DNA from: the human T2T-CHM13v2.0 reference genome, Homo sapiens
NCBI RefSeq assembly: GCF_009914755.1
Contig: NC_060929.1
Length of the DNA: 64,000 nucleotides
Direction: 5' to 3' (one strand)
Both the position numbers and the translations under genes were made by a program. Every line of letters begins with the position of its first letter. The stretch's first letter is position 1. Shown here in pieces: positions 11,591 through 27,035 of the stretch. The notes below the pieces were generated by a model. It saw only the letters and a list, made by a program, of their open reading frames with translations, did no database searches and was not told the origin of the DNA.

Positions 11591-11710
11591 GCTGGTCGTT
11601 CATGCCAGCAGTCACCAAGAGAGAGCTCAGAGAAGATGAGGAGCATCTGTGCAGAGAGCCAGAGGACAGGGACAGGGAAGCCCAGAGCTCTCACGTCTGA
11701 AGGAAAGGTG

Positions 11711-13570
<1,860 letters not shown>

Positions 13571-14929
13571 TATTGACGAATCCAGCCCCCGGCACTGGTC
13601 TCAGGTTTTGAGGCTGCCTGCTGTGTCTCTTCTCTCCCCACCGCCCGCCCACCCAGCTTCTCCCCATCCTTCAAGGCTGTGCTCAACGCCACCTTCCTAA
13701 GGAAGCCATCGCTGGCTCGGATTCTCCCGTTTCCAGGTTGGCCTGGCCCTACCTTAGGGTCCCAGCCTCTCAGGGTGGCTGCCTGGCCCAGGGTGCCCCT
13801 CACAGCCCCCCTGTCTTTCACCTCTTGGGTAATAGGCTGCTCGTCTTCTCTGGTCACTTGCAGCCCCAGGAACGAGACCTTCCATGGCTCTGTCAGAACC
13901 AGATGCTGACCTGTGGGAGAGTCAACAGCTGCCATCTGAGATCCAGGGAAGACAAGCATGATTGGGCCTCCCCAGAAGTTGCTGTGCCCTGTTCTCAACA
14001 GGGCCCCCAAAGCCAGAGTGGGGCTTCTCACCTTCTTCTCTGCAAGGCCAAGGTCACTCTCAACAGAAGAACTGTCCTGGTGCCTTAGCTCTTCCATGTC
14101 TCTGCCCAACGTTCATGAGCATCAACTTGAATGCCTCCAGAGACAGGGTGATCATCACCTCTCTGGCAAATCATTCTCTTGCTGGACAGTGAGTCCAGGT
14201 CTACCCCCTAAATTTGCCTTTCCTCTGTCCCTCCAAGAATGCCTGGCTAGGTACCTTCCATAACCCACTCCCCAGCATGGCTCCCAGCCCAATATTATTC
14301 CCTGGCTGTGCAGTGGGACTGTCTGTCGCATCCCCCACCCTGCTGCCCCCGCTTACATTTCTGCAGGGCCCCTCTCTCATACTCTAAGTATTTCCATCTG
14401 CTCCCTGAGGAAACCCTGAGTGATTCCTAAGAGCTCTAAGAGCAGAAAACAAGATTCTAGGTGCCCCAGAGTTCTCAGTTTCACCCTGGCTAAGCACAAG
14501 ACCACAGCCATGCCCCAGGAGGGAGGGGAGCAGAGCACCCCCACACTCAGGCCTCCACCTCCAGGGTCCCTGAGCTCAGCCCAGGCTGTGGTGCTGGGTG
14601 GAGAGGCGCACGTGGGCACTGTGGTCAGGCCAGGCACCCATACCTCCCCACAGGTCACTCGCCCTGGTGCCTCCAGGCTGGGGGAGGCCAGGACAGTGCA
14701 TTTCCTGGCATGGGAGCTCACTCTTATGCCCAGACAATGCCACTGAGCCTGGCGGAGGTGGCCTCATATTGGAATCAGCAATGACCCTCATATCCAACCC
14801 CAAACACCCCAGCTCTTCAGAGCTTCCAAGACTCTGTGACCCCTGGGCTACATCTGGACCCAGAAGGCTCTCAGTAAACGCCTGAGGAAGGGAAGGGGTG
14901 GGAGGAAGAGGAGAAAGCATTTCTGAGCA

Positions 14930-16660
14930 CCAACGAGTGCCAGCGCCTTTTACTGACACTAATTCACTCCGCCCCTCAAGACCAGGGTGGCTGTCCCCAT
15001 TTTCAGAGAGGGACCCTGGCTCAGACAGGGTATCCCAGCCAGTGAACATCAGAGCAGGGACTTGAGCCCAGCCTATTTGATGCTAAGCCGCCCCACACTA
15101 TGCCTGCATCCGTCTTTCCTTCCTGCACTGGAGCGCACTGTGAATGCTCCACTGCAGCCCAAGGCTGCTGCTGAAGGGTGCCCGACGGCTATGCAGCTTT
15201 TTCCCACAGGACGAAGGGGTTGCTGCTGAGAGAGGGATGCAACGAAAAGCCAGGGTCCAGGAGGGGATGCAGCAATTTCTTCAGATCAAAACGCCAGACT
15301 TTATGAGCCCGGTTGCTTCTCAGGACTCCCTGGCAAGGCTTCTGCTCCACTCCAAATCCCCCTCCTTCCAGAGGCTACCTCAGACCTGCATGCTCATGCA
15401 CCCCTATGCAGGCTGGCCTTCCCTCAGTAACTCACCTGGGCACTGCCTGGCCAAGCCTGCTGCTTAACAAGGGCTCAAGGGCCTGTGACGGCAGGGGAGA
15501 GGAGGCCATGCGGTCAGGGGCACGTTCATTCAGTTACCCCAGGAACATTCTTTATTATTCCAGACACCACTTATCAACTTCCCTCTGTGTATGCGGTAGG
15601 TTCCAGCTGTGCAACTCTGGGCAAAGCAGTTCTTTCTCAGCCTCAGTTTCTTATCTGTAAAATATGAGAGACTCTGGTGTTTGCCTTAAAAGTTTGTGGG
15701 AAGAAATAAATGAGTAAGCCCTCACTTAATGCCAGCGCTGTTATGACTATATTACTATTAGACTGTTTCTAATCCTGACAACAACACAGCTAGGGAGGTG
15801 CTCTTATTCCCATTCCACAGATGAGAAGACTGAGGCAAAAGCAGGGCAAGACCCTGCTCAAGGTCCAGTGGAGAGAGCTCGGGGTGATACCAGAAGCTCT
15901 CTTTACCATGTCATTGTTTCTGTTTGCCCAGCATCATTTTCACCCCCAGCAGCACATCAAGGGTCAGGGGCTCTAGGGTACATCAGACCTGATCCTCCAT
16001 CCAGCGAGGGAGACAAACACATAGATAGACAATTGCTATTCCAGGTAGTGAGAACTGGTTGGAGAGCCCAGGGAGCTGGCGGGAACAGAGGAGAGCCCCT
16101 CACTCAGCCTCGGGCCCTGGGGAGACCTCATGAGAGGCCAGCTCTCAGCCAGGTCTTGAGTAGCTAGGACTATACAAGGAGTGCTGTCCCAGTTCCTGGG
16201 GAAGCAGCTGGAACTGAGCCTGGTTCTGCCCCTTCGCTGTGTGATTACATGAACTTGAGGGAATAAGTTTGCCTCTCTGGGCATCCATTTCCTCACTTCA
16301 ATAGTGGGAGTCTCAGCAAGTGCACACCTGCGGGAGGGGGGACGCCCGGCACTGGGGGGATTCATGGCTCTCGAAGTCTCCTCTTCCCTCAGTCTCCAAA
16401 GGCATAGTGAGCACCTCGTACCCGACCCACCTGAGACGCAGCATCATCATCTCATTTTACAGCTGAAGCTGCTTGGGCTCAGAGAGCTAACATGACCTGC
16501 CCGAGTTCACGTGGGTTCTGAGCCAACTCTGCATTCACTGGGCGCTTACTAAGCGCTCATCCCTCGTTTGATCCTCCCCACATCTCTGGGAGGGTGGAGT
16601 TATTTGCTTCCATTTCACAATGAGGGAGTGAAGATCCAGGGCAGGTCTTGACCAGCACTA
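14930..16660. mobile_element. Cluster of MIR fragments in both orientations, with an L2 piece
   Basis: MIR cores CCCCATTTTCAGAGAGG (~14995), CCTCAGTTTCTTATCTGTAAAAT (~15641), CCCATTCCACAGATGAGAAGACTGAGGC (~15810), CTCATTTTACAGCTGAAG (~16451). Confidence 0.65.
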
Positions 16661-17199
16661 GATCCTCAAGGGCGCCTGGGGCACAGCCAGGACAGGGCCA
16701 ACTTCAGCCTTCCCTGATGCTCTCTGCCCACTCCCGCCCAAGCACCTGCACAGACGGCCCCACACAGGCCCCTGGACAGGCCCAGAAGTCAACACAAGCA
16801 CCCGATTCCATAAGGGCTTTAGGAGTTGATAGTTTAATGCCCAGGTCCCATTTTTCAGAGGAAATAAGCTTATCACAGGTGTTCAAATTCGCTGCCAATA
16901 GGACAGTAGTGAACACGGGTGTTTTCTTCACCAGTAAAACAGAAGTAACAACAACCCTCCCTTCCGTGTCCATGAACCCAGCACTGATTTCATTCAGAGA
17001 CCCATCACTTGCCTCTCCGAGCCCATGAGGTCCGGAAGGGAATAAGCCCCACCCCAGCTCCAGGCATGGACCCAGCAGGGCTAGCCAGCGTGTTACCATC
17101 CCTCAGCAGGGTTTGGATCTAAGTCCTGGGACTCTGAGTGTCTGTAATGAAGGGGAAGGGCTCTTTCAGTGGAGCTGTAGAGAGGAGATGATGGGGCGA

Positions 17200-17418
17200 A
17201 AGACCACTGTGTCACGAGCGAGAGCCACACGGTGGAGAGCCGGGAGGTAGACAGGGGTCCTGACGCCATCCTTGGATTGTCTGGACACAGCCTCCACTTT
17301 GGCTGAAGCAATCCCCCTGGAATATTTAGTTACAGAAACCAATAAATTTCCCTTTATTCTTAAGCCAATTTGAATCAGGTTTCTGACACTTGCAACATCA
17401 GAGACTTGACAAATACAG
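17200..17418 (+). mobile_element. MLT1 LTR 3' part
   Basis: CCAATAAATTTCCCTTTATTCTTAAGCCAATTTGAATCAGGTTTCTGACACTTGCAAC...AATACA. Confidence 0.65.
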
Positions 17419-17594
17419 TAACCCAAAATGGAACTAAAATATCCCATTTGCCATGAGAAAATACAAAAAAGCATTAACATTTTAATCGTAGTAATTAAAC
17501 AAACAGGAAAACAATCAAATTAAATAAGAGCATTTTACTTATCTAGAAGGCAGTACTTAAGGGGAACATTATTCATTTTGGGAAGAATAAGGAA

Positions 17595-17815
17595 TAGTCA
17601 GCTGCATAGAAGCAGAGTAGATAGTGGTTGCTAGGAGCTGAGGAGGGGGGAAGAGGGGGCTGTTCAATGGGCAGAAAGGTTCACTTGTGCAGGATGAAGA
17701 GGTTCTAGGGACCTGCCGTACAACACCGTGCCTGCAGACAACAATACTGTATTGTACATGTACAAATCTGTTAAGAGGGTGGATCTCATGGTAAGTGTTC
17801 CTGCCATGATTTTTT
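17595..17815 (+). mobile_element. L1MB-type 3' end fragment
   Basis: CATAGAAGCAGAGTAGATAGTGGTTGCTAGG...AACAATACTGTATTGTAC...TTAAGAGGGTGGATCTCATGGTAAGTGTTC. Confidence 0.7.
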
Positions 17816-19658
17816 TTTAAACCTGAAAAAAACCCACTGAACTAGGGGAAAACAAAATAAGAAAGAAAATGAAGACTTCCAGAAATCTGAAGAAGGCAGC
17901 TGGGCACTCAGAGAAGACATCACCATGGATCGAGTGCCAGCGCGTGCTAGGTGCTTGCTCAACTGTGATTGTTTACGCCTCAAACACCCAGCACTGCTGG
18001 TGGTGTTACACCCACTGTCACCAGTGAGGAAATTGATGTTCAGAAGGAATAGACACTCAGCCATGCACACATAAAATCTGCATCAGGCTTCATCTCGCCC
18101 CAAGTCCAAGACTATTTCCTCATCACATAATTCATTCAACAATCATTTATTAAGGACTTATGTACTACCAGACACTGGGATGGCTCTGTGGTCATCATGC
18201 AAACATCCTAGAAGGAATCCAAAGGAGGAAATCAGTGGTGAAAATCAAGGCCAGCAACCTGGGACACCAGACTCCAGAGGCTGCCTCCATCCCCAACTAC
18301 TTCTGGGGTCTCCAAGCACAAGGTGAAAGCTCAAGACCTCTGACTATGGCAGCCGTGTATGTCTTACTGAACCAGCACACCCTCTATCCCAGGACCAGCA
18401 CACTCTCTGCCTCCCAGGACCAGCACAACCTCTGGCCCTGAAAAAAAAGCACATCCATTGTCTCTGGCCACCAGCACAATCCCTGTCCTTGGCACTGATG
18501 CAGTCTCTGCTCTTGAGAAAAGCATCAACAGTTTTGCCTGAAAACCTTTCAACTCTTCCTTACATAAACGGGAAGAAATCCCTTGCAGATAATTATACAA
18601 CTTCTATCCTCTGGTTCAAGTGAAAAGCAAATCCTTTGTAAATCTTCTTGAAAATTCCACTGAGAAACTCTGCACTTGAGAGACTCCAAGAATTCAGAAC
18701 CACACAGAGTCAAGCTGGACCCAGCTTAGCCAGACCCGAGAGTGGGACTGCCACTGCCACCATGTGAGCACCTATTGTGTGCACCCAGTGGGGAGCTGTG
18801 AGTCCACATAGGTTTCTGCCTCCCTGAATGGCCCAGGGACCCCGTCAGGGGGTGGTGCCCATCTCCATCAAACAGATGAGAAAATGGCAGCTCAGAAAAT
18901 GGCCAGCACAGAGTGACCCAGGGCAGAGGAGGACTTGAACCCAGACCCCTCTGTCTCCAGAGGCCATCCTACCTCCTCTTGTCACTCTTGCCAGCACACT
19001 GAGAAACAGTAACCAGGAAAGAGCAGAACTGAGTTCTTCAGTTCTTCATTGCTGCAAAAAGAAGCTCAAAGCCCCTTCCCTCGTATCTGCAGAGTAGGGG
19101 TGCAGGGACTCCAAGGAACAAAGTCACTCACATTCTCCCCTGACATCCTCAGAATGCACTGCAATGCTCTGGGAACAGTCTCCTCAGGCCCATAAATAAT
19201 TGAGAACCCATGCGTCCTATGGCATTTCTGCTGAAATCATCACTCACCCACACTCTTTGTGCTTTCTGCAGAGCCAAAGAAATTCTTGCTGATTTTTTTA
19301 AATGCAGCCTTTTGTTGAAACTGGTTTTGAAATTCAGTGCTCAGTTCCTAGTCTAAGGCAATGGAGACACAGAGATTACCTGGATGAAGCTCTGCCCTCA
19401 AGGAGCTCAGACCCTACTTAGGGAAGAGAGAGACTCAACAGACCCTTAGACTGCCACAAGTAAATGAGTCACCAGAGTTAAGGAAGCAGGCAAGGCGGGA
19501 AGGGTGATGGGGAAGTGCAGACTGGCCTGGTGGGTCTGTGCCTTGCAAGGGGAGCAGGAGGAGACAAGGGAGGGAGAGAGCAGAACTCCACTTCCCCAAG
19601 GCTAAGCTCAGCGGGAGGCTGCCCTGAGGAGAAAGTGTTCTTAGAAGGGGGTGGAGGA

Positions 19659-19954
19659 GGCCAGGCATGGTGGCTCATGCCTGTAATCCTAGCACTTTGG
19701 GAGGCTAGGGAGGGTAGATCACGAGGTCAGGAGTTTGAGACTAGCCTGACCAACATGGTGAAACCTTGTCTCTACTAAAAATACAAAACTTAGCTGGGTG
19801 TGGTGGCATGAACCTATAATTCCAGCTACTCAAGAGGCTGAGGCAGGAGAATTGCTTGAACCCAGGAGGCAGAGGTTGCAGTGAGCTGAGATCACGCCAC
19901 TGCCTGGATGACAGAGCAAGACTCTGTCTCAGAAAAAAAAAAAAAAAAAAAAAA
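19659..19954 (+). mobile_element. AluS (Sg/Sx-like)
   Basis: Full dimer with poly(A); degenerate TSD AGAAGGGGGTGGAGGA / AGAAGGGTGTGGGGGA. Confidence 0.92.
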
Positions 19955-20444
19955 GAAGAAGGGTGTGGGGGAAAAGTGAGGAGGCAGCTTCATGGCGGAA
20001 AGCTCTGTTGTGAGCCATGTGCTCCCTCTGTTCCTTCAGGTCTTCAGTAAAGCTATTAAACTCACAAAGTCCCAAGTATGATGATGTTTTTCAGTGGTGA
20101 TGGAAGGATACCAAGGTGTGCACACCAGTAGTCAAGAGGCCAACCTGAGCTGACACCCACAGGTGTGGGAGCTGAGGACCACAGGGGAGGCAGGCCAGGA
20201 GCATGCAGCCCCCAGGGAAGCACAGGCTCTGACACTGAGGCATTCAGCCACGTTCACCCGCATCTTCCGGAGACAGGTGGCCCCAAGAGACACCTGGCAG
20301 TGGAGCATGGTGTGAACATGGAGAGAAAGAAGTGACTTGCTCTGGGGTGGCGTGAGGGGTCTTAAAGAGGGGGTGACACTGGAGACCAAGCTAGGAGGAG
20401 GAGAAAGGGAAGCCTTTCAGACAGAGAGTCCCAAGGGTGGGGGA

Positions 20445-21330
20445 TGTCTATTGTTGTGGCTTCTCGGCCTCCGTTCCTTGCTGTATTTGGTAACCACACC
20501 GTGATTTTCCTCTGGGACCCCCAACTCTAGATGTCTGTGGTTTTTGTGGTGCTTACCCCATCCTCCAAGCTGCAGGAGTGGGTTTATAATCCAGGCTTGG
20601 CCAATCGGTACACTCCATGCCCCACAGCCATTGGTTTACTGATGGACACATGACCCAAATCAGCCAGTGAGAGTCTGCCTTGGGACCTTTGTCGGAATAC
20701 TTAAGAAAGAGGCTTTCTCTTTCTCCAGGAGAGGCTAGTGGCCACCATAAGGGTGTGCCTGCCTGAGAATGGAGCCAACACAGAAGAAAGCATATTCTTA
20801 GAGGCAATCTTTAAGCACTTTGCATGTCTGAAGCTCCCTCCACTAGATGTTCAGTTACTATATTAGTCCATCTTCAAATTGCTATAAAGAAATATCTGAG
20901 GCTGGGTAACTTATAAAGAAAAGAGGTTTAATTGGCTCATGGTTCTGCAGGCTGTACAGGAAGCATGGTGCTGGCTTCTGCTTCTGGGGAGGCCTCAGGA
21001 AGCTTCTAATCATGGTGGAAGGCAAAGGATAAGCAGGCATGATCTGGGGAAAGCAGGAGAAAAAGAGACACGGGAGTGTCTCTTTTAACACTTTTAAACA
21101 ATGAAACCTCGAGAGAACTCAGTGTCACAAGGATGGCATCAAGGGGACAGTGCTAAAGCATTCATGAAACTTCCACCCTCATGATCCAGTCACCTCCCAC
21201 CAGGCCCCGCCTCCAACACTGGGGATTACATTTCAATATGAGATTTGGGCAGGGAAAATATCCAATCTATATAAGTTACGAAAGCCAGTAATTTTCCATT
21301 TTTATTTAAAAGTATTCGAGTTGGCTTATC
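20445..21330 (+). mobile_element. Old MLT1 (K/L-like) LTR split by MSTB
   Basis: CAGCCATTGGTTTACTGATGGACACATGACCCAAATCAGCCAGTGAGAG; resumes after the MSTB as GTTACGAAAGCCAGTAATTTTCC. Confidence 0.55.
20859..21274 (-). mobile_element. MSTB-type MaLR solo LTR with 5-bp TSD GTTAC
   Basis: MST body (GGTTCTGCAGGCTGTACAGGAAGCATGGTGCTGGC); GTTAC at 20854-20858 and 21275-21279. Confidence 0.88.
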
Positions 21331-21985
21331 ACACGTGTGGCCTCTACAGCTGTGATGGTGGCTACAAAGACCTCTATGGGGAAGACGGCTGGTGTGTCCA
21401 GGAAGGGTGAGGTGCTCACTCTGAATGGACTGTGGTTGGGTCATACAGGGCCACAATGTGAAGCCAAACATGGGCCTCGGGAGTCAGGAAAGGATACTAA
21501 GCAGGGCAGTGGTATACTCAGATGTATGTGTATGGACTCACTCTGTTTATTCAAATGTGTTTAAAACCTAGAAAGAATTCCCAAGTAGAGTGTGAGCCAG
21601 ACATTTTTCTTTTCCAGTTTTGCAGCCTGAAGGTGCTATCCAAGGTACTGAGATCCCCCCAGAGGGCTCTTCCAGGAAAGGAAGCAGGCTGAGTACTGTG
21701 GGAGGAGACTGGCATGCTGGCTCCTCCATTTGAAATGCCACCTAGTTCCCTTCCCTTGCATCTGCACAAGTGGAATCAGTCCTGTGCTGTCTCCCTGCTC
21801 CCATAGAAAGAAAGATAATGCATGTACTGGTACCACCTGAAACCAACCTCAGGACACACACAGTCTTTTGTCTTGACTCTGCCTGGTCTGATGAACAAGG
21901 GACTGATAAAACTCATGGATAAGAGCACCAGGAAATTAGTTCTTTGACATTTCCCCTTGTCCAAATAGCCAGAATGATTAACACA

Positions 21986-22304
<319 letters not shown>

Positions 22305-22624
22305 TAGGTTGCGTTATCAGCCCCAGTTTTTCACCTCTCCCTATATTCAAGCCCTTTGTTATGTGCCTTTGGAGTCCTTCCCACTGAAGGAACAGAGTGT
22401 ATTTCCCCCTTCCTTGACCTTAGCCATGACCATTTGACTTGCCTTGGCCAAGAGAATGTGGTCAGACGACATAGTGGGTCCGTTCCAGGCTTAGACCTTA
22501 AGAGGCAGAGGTGTTTCCACTGGCCTCCTCGCACCTCTGCCCTCTCCATGAGGAAAGCATGCACCAGTGAGACAGCTGTTGGGAGATCATTCTTCCTGTC
22601 TCTACATATCTTGTGAACAGAGGC

Positions 22625-22801
22625 CAGGAATGGCTATATAATTTGCAAGTCCCACTGCAAAATGAAAACGCAGGGTCTCCTGTTCAAAAATTATTAAAAA
22701 TTTCAAGAGAGCTACTGCACAGCATTCAACCAAGTGTGGGTCCTTCTTTGTGCAAGACTCTGAGCGACTACACACGTCCCACACCCATAAAGCCAGCCCT
22801 G
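22625..22801 (-). mobile_element. MER45A (hAT-Tip100) MITE
   Basis: CAGG...CCCTG termini; TGCAAAATGAAAA...TTCAAAAATTATTAAAAATTTCAAGA body. Confidence 0.8.
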
Positions 22802-22831
22802 GTAGAGGAAATGACAGCTTTTATTTTAGAC

Positions 22832-23172
22832 CAAGGGTCAGCAAACTATGGTCTTCAAGTGCAGTTTTGTCTACTGCCTGCTTTTGTGTGGCCCTAAAGC
22901 AAAGAATGGTTTTTACATTTTTAAATGGTTGGAAGAAAATCTAAGGAAGAATACTATTTCATGACATGCAAAAATTATGTTTTATTCAAATTTAAGGGTT
23001 CATAAATAAAGTTTTATCAAAATTCAGCCATGATTATTCATTTATGTCTGGTCTGTCTGTGTCAGCTTTCACACTACAACAGCAGGGTTGAGTCATTGTG
23101 ACAGAGACTGTGTGGTCTACAATGCCTAATGTTTACTTTCTGACCTTTTACAGAAAAAGTTTGCCAACCCTG
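22832..23172 (+). mobile_element. MER58B (hAT-Charlie) MITE
   Basis: TIRs CAAGGGTCAGCAAACT / AGTTTGCCAACCCTG; ~340 bp. Confidence 0.85.
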
Positions 23173-23334
23173 TTCTACCCTAGACAGAAGAGTCACCCAA
23201 TCAATTCCAGCCTGGATCAGCAGAGCATCAGCTGACCTGCAGCTCTCTAGGAATGAGGGGTTATTGTTGTATGCTCCCGAGTCAGTGGTGTGTGTGTAAT
23301 GCCGCAGTAGCTAACTGTTCAGGGTGCAGTTAAC

Positions 23335-23819
23335 GTTTCTCAAAGAATGCTACATGGAATGAGTTCAGGTGAGAAGCCCCAAATGACATTGAAAAGCATA
23401 GAAAGCAGGGCTCTTTCCCACTCTCATTAGTTCCTTCTCATTTTATCAAAGGGGAAGCCTCAGCTTGGTCCTGGCAAGTCTTTAATGCTCTCCTCACTCC
23501 TTGAGAACAAACAGAGCAGACCTTGAGCTCATCGGGTAATGGTATCCCTCTAGAACAGAATGAGTGCTTGTTTTATTGTATTTATTTTTATAATGTACCT
23601 TCTATTTCTGGCAAGCATCACTAGTTTTCTGTCTATGACAGTATTTTAGTTTCCTTTACAAATGCAATTCTTTACATAAAAATTGTGAATTTATTTTAGC
23701 AACAATAAAATGGTGATATTACTTCAATAAAATATTGAGTAAGTCATTGTGCAGATGAAAGTAAATGTAGAAAAAAGTCACAAAGGTAGTGAACAAATGG
23801 CTGAAGTTTGGGAAACATG
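23335..23819 (-). mobile_element. MER113-like hAT-Charlie element
   Basis: End AATGGCTGAAGTTTGGGAAACA; body ACCTTCTATTTCTGGCAAG...TAGTTTTC...AGTTTCCTTT. Confidence 0.65.
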
Positions 23820-23854
23820 GATAGAGATGACAGCTGAGACCCTCTCCCTTTTAT

Positions 23855-24010
23855 GGCTGCAGAGTGCAATGCTAAGCTTCTTAGATCTGGGATGACACTC
23901 CCTGATCCTGGCACTATCTCTGCCACTTCCTGGCTGTGTAACCTTGAACAAATTACTTTACCTCTCTGAACCTCAATCCCTTTGCTGCAAAATGGAGATG
24001 CTAACCCCGC
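23855..24010 (+). mobile_element. MIR
   Basis: CTGCCACTTCCTGGCTGTGTAACCTTGAACAAATTACTTTACCTCTCTGAACCTCA. Confidence 0.75.
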
Positions 24011-24029
24011 CTTCCAGGCTGTAGTGTAT

Positions 24030-24560
24030 ACTGCTGGTTGCCTGCCGCTATGTTTGCTCTTCTGTCCCATACGCACAGAACCCCAATTTTTTTCAGGTAT
24101 CCACTACTCCCTGACATAGCCATGAGCTTCAGGAAAGCTGATCCCAGCCCAGGAAGTAGTCTACTTGCCCTTGCCCTTGCTAGCAGTTTGTCTGAGAGTA
24201 GATGTATGATCCAGTGCCACTGAGGCACAAGAAACTCTTGAGAACATGTCTAGCTCCTAAGAGCCACTGGCAATAATATTCTCTTTTCTTGGCCTGGATA
24301 TGATTGAGTTTGGATGTGATTCCTAGAAACAAGTTTGCCATTTGCCTCTAGCCTGGGGAAGAAGCCAACACCGAGCACAAGAGAACAGGTAGATAAACAG
24401 AGCCCAGGCTGGATGATGTTGCTAGGCTGCTGAATCAAGCAACCCTGGAGCCACCTCTACCTCTGGGAGTGAAGTGTGTGGACTGATAAATGTCCCTGTT
24501 TAAACCAGTTGGAGATGAGGCTTCTGTTACTTGAAATGGAAAGAATTCTAACTGGTACAG
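24030..24560 (+). mobile_element. Old MLT1 (K/L-like) LTR
   Basis: 3' end GATAAATGTCCCTGTTTAAACCAGTTGG...CTGTTACTTG...TTCTAACTGGTACA. Confidence 0.5.
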
Positions 24561-24667
24561 ATATTGGTCCCTTATGTTCTAGGTTCATATAGCTACATAA
24601 GCCTTCTACAAAATTGTCTACTTAGTCAGGCTATTGTTATACAGACAGTCCTTTGTATGTAGACATC

Positions 24668-25179
24668 TGTAGCAGGGAGGACTCCCATTTGCTGGCCAGT
24701 ATTCCTTCCTCTCTTGTTCCCTAGGAACAAAGCCCAGATTTTATTGAGGGTGGAAGTGTGCGCAGTTAAAAGACTACATTTCCCATCCTCCCCTAGCAGC
24801 AAGGCGTGCCCACATGACTGTATCCTGGCCAATGATGTACAAATGGAAGTGAGTTGTGGAAATTCCAGGAAGACAACTTAAAGGGGTTGGACTCAGCCAG
24901 AAGTACACTGCTTTCTGTCCTTCCTCTCTTTCTCTTCCTTCTGCCTGGAGTGGAGCTGTGACAGTTGAAGTCCCAGGAGTCTTCCTGGACCATGTGGTGA
25001 CTGTGAGTCCTATGCAGCAGAGCATAAAGAAGGAAGGAGCTTGGGTCCTTGATGAATGCCTGTGGCTGACTGCCAGCTCCCTGACTACTTTTATGCAATA
25101 AAGTGACCCCTTTTGTGTTTAAGCCACTGCTACTTTGCGATTTCTGTCACATACAGCAAAACCTAATCCTAACTGATAC
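24668..25179 (+). mobile_element. MLT1J LTR
   Basis: AAAAGACTACATTTCCCATCCTCCCCTAGCAGC...CATGACTGTATCCTGGCCAATG; end AACCTAATCCTAACTGATAC. Confidence 0.75.
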
Positions 25180-26869
25180 TCTATCTAATTGGAAATTCCT
25201 TGTTCTTTATCAAGAGTCTGATGTCTGCAAATATGTGAAAGTGTGGCTAGGATAACTTTGAGATGCACAAAATACCTAAGATTTAATGTGATCTTTATTG
25301 ACACTCAGGTTCTCCAGAGAAACTTAGAGTTGTTAGGAGAGTTAAACAGATGACTTATGTGATGCACTTAACTCAGAATCTAGTGCATAAAAAAGCATCC
25401 TAGTAATGATGACTTCTAGATTATCACCATTGGCTAATCCCACCCTCTGCTTTGACACGTGAAGAAATGGAAGCCCAGAGAGGGGAAGCACCTTGTCCAA
25501 AGCCACGTAGCCACTTTGCCACAAAGGCAAAACAGGAACTCACACTTCTCTTTGCTCACTCACTGGTCTTTTCCCTATCTTGAGTCCTTTTACAAGGTAA
25601 TGAGCTCCACCACCGAGGAAGTGTTCAGGGGCCCTGGATGACCTCCTGGAGGGCACTTCCTTCAGGAGACCCCTCAGGCAAGGATCCCCTTCCTGGGCAG
25701 CAAGCTCAGTTGAACAACCTCTCATTCTCTTCCAAGTTCAGGATTCCATGACCTGTTCAAGACCAGAATGAAAGGGAAGGGCAGGGGAGTCCTGCCCTCT
25801 CCTTCCCCTCTCTGCATTCTCCTGGCTCTGTCTCTGTGATGCCTGAGAATAGAATAACGCATGACGATCATGAGGGAAAAGTGAGAAAAGTTCATCATCT
25901 AATCCCCAAAACTATACCCAAAATCTGGAGCACGAGCAGGGTGGGTTTCTGGCCTATTCCTTCTGTCTTCAGGGTCCTTGCTTAACTTCATTCAACTCCC
26001 CTGTCTCCTGTAGGGAAGGTGGGATCCATGTGACATCAAGGTGGCTGATACAACCATGGAAGAGGGTCTAGAGGTGTCTGCTCTTGCTCAAAGACCAAAG
26101 AGGAGACCGACTGGGAGTCTCCAGAGATTATTCTGATGCTGTTCCCCTGCTGGAGAAGTATCTGTTATTGGCAGAACCTTATCAACATTTTCTTAGTGCT
26201 GTTATTAAGGCAGCCAGCTTGCCCCAAGCTGATGAATTTTAAAAGAAGCATAAAATAATTTTTGAAAAACCTTGAAGCTGAAAGAGTAATAAATGTTTAA
26301 AAGCTTGGCTTGTTTGAAGCTTCTCTCTGCCAGCAGATTAACCCATTTACTGATTATGTATTTGGGAAAAAAAATTATTAGCAGATTCCAAGAACATGTT
26401 AGACATTAAAGCATCTCTGACCATTTAATTCTTAGAAGAACCCTTTGAGGTATGAATTGTTGTCATGTCCTCCACACTCGCCCCTGCCCTCACCTTCAGC
26501 CATAATGGGGAGCTGGACTCAATCCTGGGCCTGTGAGACTGTACAGCTCACACTCTTGTCTCCATGCTGGGTCCAGCCATGTCCTGGTCCTCCACCATGG
26601 GCCCAGCCCTGGGACTCGGCCAGGACAGATGGCCCACTTAGCCTGCCCAAGGACAATCTTCTGTGCTTGATTGCCAGCTCTCAAACTTTCCAGCCTGGCC
26701 AACAAGGTCAAGAGCTCTTCAGGAGCAAGGAAAGGGTGTCGTGGGGCAGATGTGACTATCACCTATTCCACTCTGGTTCCCATTGGCTCAAGCAAGCCAC
26801 TATGCCCCTAAAAAGTAGAGGGAATCTGGTCCTGGTGGCCTTGAAGACAGAACTAGAGACCCCGGAGAA

Positions 26870-27035
26870 GAAGCAGCATGGAGGTAAGTTTTAACTCCAT
26901 AGAAGATCAGCTACAAACAGAGCTGCCCAACTAGGTAGGAATGAGTTTCTTGTCACCAGAGGTTTGCAGGCAGAGGGCAAACTGCCACCTCCTAGGAATG
27001 CAGTATGAGAAATCCCGGTCTTAGGTGACTTCTGG
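26870..27035 (+). mobile_element. L3/CR1 LINE 3' fragment
   Basis: CAGAGCTGCCCAAC...TGAGTTTCTTGTCACCAGAGGTTTGCAGGCAGAGG...CCACCTCCTAGGAATGCAGTA resembles the CR1/L3 3' end. Confidence 0.5.

Noticed and set aside
26878-26890. Strong splice-donor-like GAGGTAAGT
   Set aside because: Lies at an L3/CR1 remnant with no supportable upstream exon or acceptor.
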